Part shown: positions 35,349-43,852 of the stretch, one piece after another
How the letters are laid out: every line of letters begins with the position of its first letter
Position numbering within the stretch: the first letter of the stretch is position 1
NCBI GenBank assembly: GCA_027365315.1
Contig: DAHXNQ010000091.1
Span: forward strand, 1 to 56,692
Length of the DNA: 56,692 nucleotides
Origin: Rhabdochlamydiaceae bacterium
GTDB taxonomy: Bacteria; Chlamydiota; Chlamydiia; Chlamydiales; Rhabdochlamydiaceae
Direction: 5' to 3'
Notes under the pieces: generated by a model
Database searches by the model: none
The model's input: only the letters and a program-made list of their open reading frames with translations
Told to the model about the DNA's origin: nothing
Translations under genes and position numbers: made by a program

Positions 35349-35576
35349 ATGACCAAAGCAAAGAGATCCTCCAAGCGAGAAAAATCCTCAAAAAACAAGC
35401 CGAGGCTTCGTCTTAAAAAGGGCATTAAGTTGTCTAAGCATGATCCATTCAAAGCTCTCGTGGATGAAAAGCTCATCGCTCAAGCTCTTTGGGAATGCTT
35501 GAAAGAGAATGACCTCGAGGGGGCGATAGAAATAACCAACGCTCATTTGAAAGCTCTAGCGGCTGCGGAAGCATGA
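35349..35576 (+). CDS. Small ORF, possibly a truncated 'addiction-module antidote' remnant
   Basis: 75 aa with a Lys/Ser-rich N-terminus. HDPFKALVDEKLIAQALWECLKENDLEGAIEITNAHLKAL resembles only the N-terminal part of HigA/TIGR02684-type antidotes (fd.aeyL.deE.i..yL..aLee.D). No HTH follows. Confidence 0.35.
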   Translation: MTKAKRSSKREKSSKNKPRLRLKKGIKLSKHDPFKALVDEKLIAQALWECLKENDLEGAIEITNAHLKALAAAEA

Positions 35577-35600
35577 AGAAGATCCGGTGAGCGAATAGCG
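35562..35600. repeat. Dispersed element, copy D (internally deleted)
   Basis: GCTGCGGAAGCATGAAGAAGATCCGGTGAGCGAATAGCG is copy A minus about 31 internal nt. It directly abuts the duplicated ftsQ 3' end. Confidence 0.55.
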
Positions 35601-35634
35601 CGTCATCGACCTGCACCTCGTCTATCTCGATTGA
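35600..35634 (+). repeat. Duplicated ftsQ 3' end (copy 2, includes a TGA)
   Basis: See 35296..35339. Confidence 0.6.
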
Positions 35635-35687
35635 TGAAAAATCTTTCCTAGCATAGTGTAGAAGCCACAAAAACTCTTTGGAGTGGC

Positions 35688-37433
35688 GTGATGCACTATC
35701 CCTGCATGTGGCTCTGGAGGCTATTTCTCCCGATCTTTCTCTGTTCTCTCTTTTTTGCTGCTCCAAGCCTGCCTGCACAGGAGATTCACTCTGTTCCTCA
35801 GCCTCTTGCTCGTCTGCATGGACTTCTTTCCGGCGTCTGGTGTCAGCCACTAGAAGGGGCCTCTTCTTACGAGCTCCTGCAATACAGCTGCGAGGAATTG
35901 GCCTCTATTTGCGAAGAACTTGCCGATCTAATCGAACAAGATAGAGAAGAGGATACACCTTATATTCGTCACACGACAGAGCTGCTTTTGGGACTTATGC
36001 AGAGGGCAGAGCCTTATCTCCCTGAGGAAGAGTGGGGGAAGTGGGCCTATGAAGTGGCTACGTTGCAGCTGCTTCTGCAGCTGCTAGACGAAGAAGAGCC
36101 TGTTTACGAGGAGAGTGGCTGGCACACCATTCCGTGCAAAAGTAAGGGCTTTTGGAAAGGGATTGGGAATGGACTTGCCTCTGTGAAGCACGAGGTGGTG
36201 AAAGTGGTACGCCATCTTGGAAGAGAAATCCGTGAACATCCCGTTCGCTCTCTTGTCATCGCCGGTGCTGCAGCGGGTCTTGGCTTTGGTATCTATACCT
36301 GCTGCAACTCTTCCTCGCATGCGGCTGATCCAGTCCCTCATGGCAATGCTTTGCCTCCGGAACAGTCGTCGCCACCGATCCCACGGCAAGAAGAGCGATC
36401 AGAGTCACCTCCTCCTAATGAACAGCGAGAGCTTCAGACTCTCGTATTTGATCTTGTCGCAGTAGATACGGTGCAAGATGTACCTTCCTCTCTCTCTGAT
36501 AGCGGTGCATATTTTCTTGATGAGACAAGTATAGAAGCGCGTTTTGCTGCCCATACGGAGGAACTCTACCGTGCAGGGGTAGAGGCGGTGAAGGGCATTG
36601 TGCATGGAGCGATTGACTTTCAGTGGCGGACCGTTCAGGACCTAGAGGCATTTGCCTTTCTCATTGGATCGGGAGAGGTGGAGGCCTCTTTCGATGAAAG
36701 AAGAATGATCATGGACTCTTTCTTGAGATCGCAGGTCTCACAGGAAGCCGCGGTTGAGGGTTGGGTTCAGGATGTGTTCAATATCGATCCTTCAGATCCA
36801 ACCTACCAACAGTTCCGTTCAGGCACAGAGAAGACGCTCGAGATCGGATCGATTGCTTTTGGGGTTTACGGGATAGGCAAGGGAATCATGAAGATTGGCA
36901 CCAGAATGGTGGTCGCAGAGCTAGGGGAGTTCCTCTATGCTGGTCGCAATGTAGGAGGCGAATTGGCCCTCGCAAAGGAGTGCGTTGCTGGGGCTCATCA
37001 ACTGGAGAAGGCGGCAGTTGCAGAGGTTCGTGCCGGTCGCATCGCTGCGAACGAACTGACTCCCGCAGCTCATCGATTGGAAAAATTGGCCGAGGCCGAG
37101 GCTTGTGCTGGCAGGGCTGTAAGAGATTGGCCCGTATCAACGGAAAAAATTCGATCTTATTTATCTGATGCTAAGTTATTAAGTGGAGATCAAATTATTC
37201 ATGACCTGGAGTCGATTGGTTTTAAAATCAAAGGCAAGAGTCCGGACGGTAGATTTATAGAATTTCAGGATGCGCTTGGCAATGTCAGAGTAAAAATGCA
37301 TCCTCCGGATCGAGTGACTGAATATAACCATTTGCACATATATGATCAGTTTGGGAACTCCCTCAACAAGGATTTAGAAGTAGTGGATCGATGTTCTCAA
37401 GAGGCGCATATTCTTTTTGGGGATTCTCCATGA
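35688..37433 (+). CDS. Secreted, polymorphic-toxin-like protein with a low-GC C-terminal module
   Basis: Signal-peptide-like N-terminus (WLWRLFLPIFLCSLFFAAPSLPAQ), internal TM (SLVIAGAAAGLGFGIYTCC), and a tandem AH(Q/R)LEK...AGR repeat. The last roughly 100 aa (LLSGDQIIHDLESIGFKIKGKSPDGRFIEFQDALGNVRVKMHPPDRVTEYNHLHIYDQFGN) are encoded by DNA that drops to about 28-40% GC. ATG at 35691, GTG at 35688. Confidence 0.6.
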   Translation: MMHYPCMWLWRLFLPIFLCSLFFAAPSLPAQEIHSVPQPLARLHGLLSGVWCQPLEGASSYELLQYSCEELASICEELADLIEQDREEDTPYIRHTTELLLGLMQRAEPYLPEEEWGKWAYEVATLQLLLQLLDEEEPVYEESGWHTIPCKSKGFWKGIGNGLASVKHEVVKVVRHLGREIREHPVRSLVIAGAAAGLGFGIYTCCNSSSHAADPVPHGNALPPEQSSPPIPRQEERSESPPPNEQRELQTLVFDLVAVDTVQDVPSSLSDSGAYFLDETSIEARFAAHTEELYRAGVEAVKGIVHGAIDFQWRTVQDLEAFAFLIGSGEVEASFDERRMIMDSFLRSQVSQEAAVEGWVQDVFNIDPSDPTYQQFRSGTEKTLEIGSIAFGVYGIGKGIMKIGTRMVVAELGEFLYAGRNVGGELALAKECVAGAHQLEKAAVAEVRAGRIAANELTPAAHRLEKLAEAEACAGRAVRDWPVSTEKIRSYLSDAKLLSGDQIIHDLESIGFKIKGKSPDGRFIEFQDALGNVRVKMHPPDRVTEYNHLHIYDQFGNSLNKDLEVVDRCSQEAHILFGDSP

Positions 37434-37804
37434 GGATATTGGATGCTGAGATGATGAAACACCTCTCTTTTCCAGATTGTTTGGTCGAAAAGATGGAATT
37501 ATCGCATGGCAAGAAGCACTTAGTTGTCATGGTGGATGGGGCTTGGTTGGATCTATCTGGAGGACAAGCTCTTGGAAGAGGCGTTTTGTATTTCTCTGAT
37601 TGGAGCGAACTGATGGTGCGGGCGTGGGATCATACTACAGAGACCTGGTCAACATTGGAGGGTGAGTCTATCGAGATTCTAAGAGAGTTATGCGAAGCAA
37701 AGTTTGATGACAAAACCGCTTGTTTACGTGGATTTGGCGAACGAAGTGGTAGATGGATCGAGTGGAAAATGGACGCAGTCATGGTGAGGTCAGAATTTTC
37801 CTGA
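37430..37804 (+). CDS. Candidate cognate immunity protein
   Basis: The ATG overlaps the toxin stop (ATGA at 37430..37433). It is a 124-aa cytosolic-looking protein (MRILDAEMMKHL...), and one 60-nt line (37441..37500) counts 40% GC. I recognise no family. Confidence 0.5.
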   Translation: MRILDAEMMKHLSFPDCLVEKMELSHGKKHLVVMVDGAWLDLSGGQALGRGVLYFSDWSELMVRAWDHTTETWSTLEGESIEILRELCEAKFDDKTACLRGFGERSGRWIEWKMDAVMVRSEFS

Positions 37805-37968
37805 CAATGGATCTCGCATGAGGATTACATCCTATTCCGCGTGGGAAGAGATGGGGTTTCATCTTGTTTATGCTGATATGCGATGGAAATGAGGGCTTTT
37901 CTGGTGGGGAAGGCGGCGGCTGATTATGCTGCTGAGTGCACTCGGAACTGAACTCCTAAGAGGGGAGT

Positions 37969-38256
37969 ATGAAAGAATTTGTTTTGTACATTGTGAAAAA
38001 CTTAGTAGAAAAACCTGCTAGCGCTGCTGTGACGATGCGCGAAGAGGGCGAAGTGCTCTATTTTGAGATCAGCGTCGATGCGGGCGATGCGGCGAGGGTG
38101 GTGGGGCGCAAAGGGCGCAACATCCAGTCTCTGCGCACGCTGGCTACAGCTGTGGCGGCCCGTTTTGGCAGAAAGGCGCGCCTGAATCTGGCCGATGAAC
38201 TGGCCACCGTCGAAAAGCGGGAAGGTGCAGCCGAAGAGATTGCAAATCCTGTGTAG
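37969..38256 (+). CDS. KH-domain RNA-binding protein (YlqC/UPF0109)
   Basis: 95 aa. VVGRKGRNIQSLRTLA contains the GxxG KH motif. Confidence 0.85.
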   Translation: MKEFVLYIVKNLVEKPASAAVTMREEGEVLYFEISVDAGDAARVVGRKGRNIQSLRTLATAVAARFGRKARLNLADELATVEKREGAAEEIANPV

Positions 38257-38309
38257 AACAATTTGCGCTCGATATCTAGACTGGCACCGTAAGAGAAGGA
38301 TGGATTGCG

Positions 38310-38675
38310 ATGACAGTAGAGCTTCGAATTGCCGAAGAGCAGCGTGGTGATGTGCTGCTTCTGCGTCTGGTGGGAAGACTGGATGTGATGCATGCACCTC
38401 TTTGCGATAAGGTGATCACCACCTCCGCTTCGAGGGGCGTGCGCTTTGTGGTGATCGACCTTTCGGGTGTGGAGTATCTCAGTAGCGCGGGGCTGCGTGT
38501 GCTGCTGGCCGGTTCGAAGGCTTTAGAGAGTCGCTCGGGGAAGCTACTGCTGGCTGGGCCTGCAGCGCCTGTATTGCAGGTACTGAAGATGTCCGGCTTC
38601 GACCGGATTCTTCCCATCTTCCTCACCGAGGATGAAGCGGTGGAGTCGTTGCGTGGCCGTGAGACAAAGCAGTAG
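38310..38675 (+). CDS. rsbV: STAS-domain anti-sigma-factor antagonist
   Basis: 121 aa. VVIDLSGVEYLSSAGLRVLL contains the phosphorylatable Ser context. Confidence 0.85.
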   Translation: MTVELRIAEEQRGDVLLLRLVGRLDVMHAPLCDKVITTSASRGVRFVVIDLSGVEYLSSAGLRVLLAGSKALESRSGKLLLAGPAAPVLQVLKMSGFDRILPIFLTEDEAVESLRGRETKQ

Positions 38676-38684
38676 GCGCTAAGG

Positions 38685-39713
38685 GTGATCCCAGGGATCG
38701 AAGTTGAAGATGAAGAGCTGGAGCGTCTGCTCCAGCACTTTACGCTGCCAGAGAGGCAATTTTTGCCCACCAACACCAAGAAGGCGAAGGTGCTGGTGCT
38801 GGCGGGTCCCACTGCAGTGGGCAAAAGTGCTCTCGCCATCCAGATTGCACGTCTGGTGGGCGGGCAGGTGGTCTCGGCAGATTCGATGCAGGTCTATCGC
38901 GGCATGGATATCGGTACTGCCAAGCCCTCTATGGCCGAGCGGGAGGAGATCCCGCACCATCTGATCGACATCCGCGATGTCTCCCAAAAATTTCATGTAG
39001 CCGAATTCTACGAAGAGGCCACCTCGGCGATTCGTCGGATCATCGATGAGGGGGCGGTGCCCATTGTGGCAGGCGGCACCGGCTTTTATCTCCATGCGCT
39101 GCTCTATGGCCCTCCATCGGGCCCCGCTAGCGACCCCGCTGTCCGCCGCGCCATCGAGGCCGAGATGGATGAGAAAGGGCCGCTTCCTCTTTTTGAGAGG
39201 CTGAAAGAGAAAGACCCTCTCTACGCCTCAAGCATCACCCGCAGCGACCGCCACAAGATTGTGCGGGCACTCGAGATCATGCAGCTGAGTGGCAAGAGGG
39301 TCTCCGACTTCTCCGCCTCGGCTGGTGGCTGCGCCGATAAATACAACTTCCGCTGCTGGTTTCTCCATCTGCCCAAGGAGCAGCTCTACTCGCGCATCGA
39401 GGCGCGCTGTGACAAGATGATCGATGCTGGCTTGATCGAAGAGGTGGAGCGTCTCAAAGAGCAGGGGCTCGAGCAGAACGAGACCGCCTCACAGGCGATT
39501 GGCTACCGGCAGGTGCTGGACTATCTCGCCTCCTCGCAGGACGAAGAGGCGCATCGGCATCTGGTACGCGAGTTCAAGCAGGCGTCGCGCCGCTATGCCA
39601 AAAGGCAGTTCACCTGGTTTCGCAAGGAGCCGCTCTTCCGCTGGCTCGACCTCAGCCGCTTCCAGCTGGAGTTGGCCACCGAGCTGATTCTGCAGGATCT
39701 CGAGCTTAGTTAA
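38685..39713 (+). CDS. miaA: tRNA dimethylallyltransferase
   Basis: LAGPTAVGKSALAIQIA, SADSMQVYRGMDIGTAKP and YAKRQFTWFR are present. Confidence 0.9.
   Translation: MIPGIEVEDEELERLLQHFTLPERQFLPTNTKKAKVLVLAGPTAVGKSALAIQIARLVGGQVVSADSMQVYRGMDIGTAKPSMAEREEIPHHLIDIRDVSQKFHVAEFYEEATSAIRRIIDEGAVPIVAGGTGFYLHALLYGPPSGPASDPAVRRAIEAEMDEKGPLPLFERLKEKDPLYASSITRSDRHKIVRALEIMQLSGKRVSDFSASAGGCADKYNFRCWFLHLPKEQLYSRIEARCDKMIDAGLIEEVERLKEQGLEQNETASQAIGYRQVLDYLASSQDEEAHRHLVREFKQASRRYAKRQFTWFRKEPLFRWLDLSRFQLELATELILQDLELS
39476..39713 (+). repeat. 238-bp direct repeat, copy 1 (the authentic miaA 3' end)
   Basis: It aligns base for base with 43615..43852, with roughly a dozen mismatches and no indels. Confidence 0.9.
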
Positions 39714-39856
39714 AAAATAAAATTAATTCCATCGTTTACTCTGTTCTCTTTGTCCGGTTTTGTAGTTGCAGCGACAGGGGTGCGGATATGATATAGATTT
39801 TCTTCTGTCTATGCTCTACAAATCAGGATGACATTTCTTGATTTGAGGAGCTCTTT

Positions 39857-42800
39857 ATGTCTGCTTCATTTGCCTCCCGGCGCACTGCCTTGGTGTGCGG
39901 TCTTATTTGCTTTGCGCTAGCGGAGAGGTCGAGCCCCTTGATGGCGGGGACGGCCTATACGGTGAATTCGGCGGCAGACACGAATACGGGAGTGGGAAGC
40001 GCGGGGACGCTCCGCTACTGCTTGACACAGGCGAATGCAACGGGTGGCGCTGGGAGCACGATCACCTTCGACAGCAACTATAACATCGTCCTCACTTCGA
40101 TACTTCCCCCCATAGGTTCCAATTTGGCGAGCATCACGGGTTTTGCTGGGGCCTCGGTGAGTGGGAACAATCTGTATCCTGTTTTCTTCGTCAACAGCTC
40201 CAATCCACTCACTCTCTCTACATTACTGATCCAAAATGGCAACTCGACGGGAGGCGCCGGGGGTACAGGTCAATTCGGCGGGGGCGGCGCTGCTGGTGCT
40301 GGTGGTGGCTTGCTGCTGCAGCCAGGAGCCAATGTGACGGTGAACAATATGGCCTTCAATCAATGCTCGTCCGTAGGCGGTGCAGGAGGAGATGGCACAG
40401 CCAACATCATCACTGGCGGTGGCGGCGGTGGAGGGATCTTCGGTGCTGCCGGGGGCCCAGGAGGCGTGGGCAACAGCTCTACGGGAGTTGGTGGCGGCGG
40501 TGGTGGTGGCGGGGGCGTAGGTCTCCTCGGAACGGGTGGCACCGGTAGCTATGGCGGTGGCGGTGGCGGCGGCTTCCAGAATGGTGGAGGCTCGGGCGAT
40601 GGATCACCTGGTGGTGGCGGTGGCGGCGGTGCAGGGAGCAGCGGAGCAGGAGTGGCCTCTTCAGGAGTGACGGGCGGTACAGGGGGAGCGGGAGGCAGCG
40701 GCGATACGGCGGGAGCGGGAGGAACCCAGGGACACTCTGGGGGCAGCTCGAGCAACACATCGGGAGGCTTGGGCTCCGCTGGAGGCGGCGGTGGTGGAGG
40801 TAACGGATCCCCACCGACAACGATCGCGGGAGCAGGAGGCGCGGGAGGAGAAGGAGGCGGTGGTGGCGGTGCTGGTGGAAGCACCTTCAATGGCGGCATG
40901 GGGGGCAATTCAAGCGGGAGCTTCGGTGGCGGGGGTGGCGGGGGCGGTGCTGGGGGCATCTCCGCTACCCATGTAGGCGGCGTGGGAGGTCAGGGGAGCT
41001 TTGGCGGGGGCGGCGGAGGCGGCGGTGCGGCGGCCACCTCCCCACCTCCTGGTAACCAGTCGGGTACAGGAGGTGCAGGTGGGTACCTGGCCGGCGGTGG
41101 AGCCGGAGGAGGCAACTCAGGGGGCGGCGGATTTGGCGGCGGCGGCGGCGGCGGGAGTCTCAAGGGCAATGCGGGCTCGTTTGGAGGCGACGGCTTCACC
41201 GGTGGAGGCGGTGGTGGAGGGCTCGGCGGTGCGATCTTTGTTCCAGCTAATGGGGTCCTCACTTTGGGCACCGGTGTGAGCTATACCAATAACAACGTGG
41301 TAGCGGGGGCAGGAGGCGGGGGCAATAATCCAGGCGACAAGGGAGATCCGGGGCAAACTTCGGGTCCCGATCTCTTCATACAGGGAGGCGCTACGCTCGT
41401 CTGCAACCCCAGCGATATGCTCACCTTCCCGCAACCGATTGGAGGAATCAAGGGCTCTGGCGGCTCTCTCACAATGAACGGCACGGGGACCCTTGTTCTC
41501 CCTCCGAACAGCACCTATGTGCTCTCCAATCAATTCACCAGCGGCACTGTGCAGATCTCCGATGACACTTCTTTAGGAGGCTCGAGCAATACCGTCGCCC
41601 TTTCTGGAACTGCCATCCTAGCGGTCACAGCAACAACCTCCACCAGTAGGAGCATTACGATCACGGGCTCGCCGCAGATCTCTGTCGCCTCAGGAGACAC
41701 CTATTCGATCAACAGCCCCATCTCGGGGAGCGGCGTATTGGGGATCGCTCAGGGAACCGTGCTCCTCAACGGCGCCAATACCTACGATGGAGGCACCTCC
41801 ATCGCCGTAGGCGCCACGCTCCAAGCTTCGACCCAAACACTTCCTACCACGGGGAACATCAATCCCGATAATGGAACACTTGTCCTACTCCAATCCACCT
41901 CGGGTACCTACGCCCAAAACATACTCGGATCGGGCGCACTGATCACAGAAGTTGCCCCTAGCGCCACCCTGACGTTGGGTGGTGTGATCTCACTAGCTAA
42001 TTGGTCACTTGCCCTCGCCGCCAACCAAACCTCAGCGGGGTCTGTGGTCATAAATAACAGCGCAACGTTCACCAACTCACCCACGATGGCAGCGGGAACA
42101 GCCCTGGGCGGAGATGGCTCTCTCTCGTTTAGTGGCACAATGCTCGTCAACGGGACGATCACTCCGAGCGCATACGGCGCCAATCTCTTCTCCACCCTCA
42201 CTCTAGGCGCCTGCACCTTTACGAGCGGCTCGCAGTTGGTGATCTATCTGGGCGGCGAGCTCACATCGGATGCGATCACCTCTTCGGGAGTGGTCGAATT
42301 TGAGTCGGGTTCGCAGATTGTCCTGCAGCCCACCTCAGCCTTCTCCTCAAAATTCCTGCCAGGCGAGACGTTCACTTACACAGTGGTGATGGCCGATGGA
42401 GGGACCATAGGCTCCACCCCCACTGTGAACTCATCCTTTATGCCGCTACAGTGCGCCGTTTCGATCTCCGATCCTCCGGGGCAATGGATCATTACTGTGT
42501 ATGCCAACAGCTTCTACAGCCTCACGGAACAGCCCATTGCCGGTGCCTTCGATGATTTGGCCGCAACCAATCCTCCCGGCTACGGTACCGTCCTCGTCGC
42601 CCTCAACAGCCTCACCACGATAAGCGCCCTCGAGCAAGCCTTCAATCAGATGAGCGCGGCGTGTGCCAGTTCTCTGGCCCTCGCGGAAGAGAACGTAGCC
42701 GAACGGGTGCGCGCCCTCTACACCGAGCATCTCCTCGAGCAACACCGCCTCACCTGCCCTAGCGAAGCGAGCCACCCCTGGAGCCTCTGGGTGACTCCCT

Positions 42801-43615
42801 TTGGGGAAAAGGTGCAGCAACGAAACGGCGGTCAATGCAGCGGCTACCGCGAATGGTTCTGGGGGGTTGCCTCCGGAGTGGATTATCGCAGCCACGATTT
42901 CCTCGTCGGTGGAGGCTTCACCTACGCCCACGGCCACCTCAACTGGGGACACCAAGGCACCGGCAACTTCAACACCTACTCAGGCACCCTTGCAGGGGTC
43001 TGGGCACCGGCTCACTTCTCTCTCGATGTGGCCTTCTCCTACGCCTACAACCCCGGTCACGGCAACCGAACGATCCAGATTGCTGCGCTGCAGTCCAAAG
43101 AGCACTACCGCGAAATCGGCAACTCCTACATGAGCCACCTGGGCTTCCTTTACGATTTCGATTTCCATCGCGATGACAACCTGACCTGGAGCCTCTGGCC
43201 GTTTTTGAACATAGACTATGTCTACCTGCACGAGACAGCCCACACCGGAAGTGGCGCCCAGGCGCTCGACCTCCACGTCGATAGCAAGGGCTACGACCTC
43301 TTCCGTCCCGAAGTAGGCCTCGGAGCGAGCCTCCTCAAGTGCGCTCGCACCTACGAGCTTCTCCTGGAAGTGTCGGCGAGCTATGCCCGCGAATCGCGCT
43401 TCATGGGCAAGCACACCACCGCCCACTTTGCTGCCGGCTCTACCGACTTCACCGTCTCGAGCTTCTCCCCCCAGAATAACCTCTTTTGTCCTACCGTTCG
43501 GTTCCTCGTCAGCACCCCTGGCAGCCGCTTCAGCGCTATCCTGGGCTATCACGGCGACTTCGGCTCGAACTTTACTGAAAACGAAGGTGAGCTAGAGCTC
43601 AAGGTGGCGTTCTAG
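39857..43615 (+). CDS. Polymorphic membrane protein (Pmp)-type autotransporter with an extreme Gly-rich passenger
   Basis: Signal peptide; FxxN motifs (ITFDSNYN, MAFNQC); the GGAI motif (LGGAIFVPANG); and a C-terminal beta-barrel-like domain with alternating aromatic residues, ending ...LELKVAF. GAGGAG SD is present. Confidence 0.85.
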   Translation: MSASFASRRTALVCGLICFALAERSSPLMAGTAYTVNSAADTNTGVGSAGTLRYCLTQANATGGAGSTITFDSNYNIVLTSILPPIGSNLASITGFAGASVSGNNLYPVFFVNSSNPLTLSTLLIQNGNSTGGAGGTGQFGGGGAAGAGGGLLLQPGANVTVNNMAFNQCSSVGGAGGDGTANIITGGGGGGGIFGAAGGPGGVGNSSTGVGGGGGGGGGVGLLGTGGTGSYGGGGGGGFQNGGGSGDGSPGGGGGGGAGSSGAGVASSGVTGGTGGAGGSGDTAGAGGTQGHSGGSSSNTSGGLGSAGGGGGGGNGSPPTTIAGAGGAGGEGGGGGGAGGSTFNGGMGGNSSGSFGGGGGGGGAGGISATHVGGVGGQGSFGGGGGGGGAAATSPPPGNQSGTGGAGGYLAGGGAGGGNSGGGGFGGGGGGGSLKGNAGSFGGDGFTGGGGGGGLGGAIFVPANGVLTLGTGVSYTNNNVVAGAGGGGNNPGDKGDPGQTSGPDLFIQGGATLVCNPSDMLTFPQPIGGIKGSGGSLTMNGTGTLVLPPNSTYVLSNQFTSGTVQISDDTSLGGSSNTVALSGTAILAVTATTSTSRSITITGSPQISVASGDTYSINSPISGSGVLGIAQGTVLLNGANTYDGGTSIAVGATLQASTQTLPTTGNINPDNGTLVLLQSTSGTYAQNILGSGALITEVAPSATLTLGGVISLANWSLALAANQTSAGSVVINNSATFTNSPTMAAGTALGGDGSLSFSGTMLVNGTITPSAYGANLFSTLTLGACTFTSGSQLVIYLGGELTSDAITSSGVVEFESGSQIVLQPTSAFSSKFLPGETFTYTVVMADGGTIGSTPTVNSSFMPLQCAVSISDPPGQWIITVYANSFYSLTEQPIAGAFDDLAATNPPGYGTVLVALNSLTTISALEQAFNQMSAACASSLALAEENVAERVRALYTEHLLEQHRLTCPSEASHPWSLWVTPFGEKVQQRNGGQCSGYREWFWGVASGVDYRSHDFLVGGGFTYAHGHLNWGHQGTGNFNTYSGTLAGVWAPAHFSLDVAFSYAYNPGHGNRTIQIAALQSKEHYREIGNSYMSHLGFLYDFDFHRDDNLTWSLWPFLNIDYVYLHETAHTGSGAQALDLHVDSKGYDLFRPEVGLGASLLKCARTYELLLEVSASYARESRFMGKHTTAHFAAGSTDFTVSSFSPQNNLFCPTVRFLVSTPGSRFSAILGYHGDFGSNFTENEGELELKVAF
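40238..41342 (+). repeat. Low-complexity GGN-rich coding tract inside pmp
   Basis: About 370 codons are dominated by Gly runs (e.g. GGGGGGGIFGAAGGPGG, VGGGGGGGGGVG, FGGGGGGGS) encoded by imperfect GGC/GGT/GGA/GGG repeats. Confidence 0.8.
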
Positions 43616-43852
43616 AACGAGACCGCCCCACAGGCAATTGGCTACCGGCAGGTGCTGGACTATCTCGCCTCTTCGCAGGACGAAGAGGCGCATCGGCACC
43701 TGGCACGCGAGCTCAAGCAGGCGTCGCGCCGCTATGCCAAAAGGCAGTTCACCTGGTTTCGCAAGGAGCCGCTCTTCCGCTGGCTCGACCTCAGCCGCTT
43801 CCAGATGGAGTTAGCCACCGAACTGATTCTGCAGGATCTTGAGCTTAGTTAG
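43615..43852 (+). pseudogene. Duplicated miaA 3' fragment (direct repeat copy 2)
   Basis: It encodes ...LDYLASSQDEEAHRHLARELKQASRRYAKRQFTWFRKEPLFRWLDLSRFQMELATELILQDLELS, matching the last 66-79 aa of MiaA. It has no upstream catalytic part. It starts at the last base of the pmp stop codon. Confidence 0.9.

Noticed and set aside
38276-38839. A 187-aa minus-strand ORF spanning rsbV and the miaA start.
   Set aside because: It overlaps two recognisable plus-strand genes and has no motif of its own.
40360-41271. Long minus-strand ORFs encoding poly-proline proteins (40360..40542, 40549..40959, 40990..41271).
   Set aside because: They are the reverse complement of the GGN-rich pmp tract (CCN = Pro). 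The plus-strand ORF has the signal peptide, Pmp motifs and barrel, so these are shadow ORFs.
42446-43552. Minus-strand ORFs of 169 and 190 aa inside the pmp barrel region.
   Set aside because: They are shadow ORFs of the autotransporter gene.
43652-43852. The 66-aa ORF in the track, considered as an independent gene.
   Set aside because: It is the duplicated C-terminal fragment of MiaA. It has no catalytic domain and no ribosome-binding site, so I treat it as a repeat or pseudogene.
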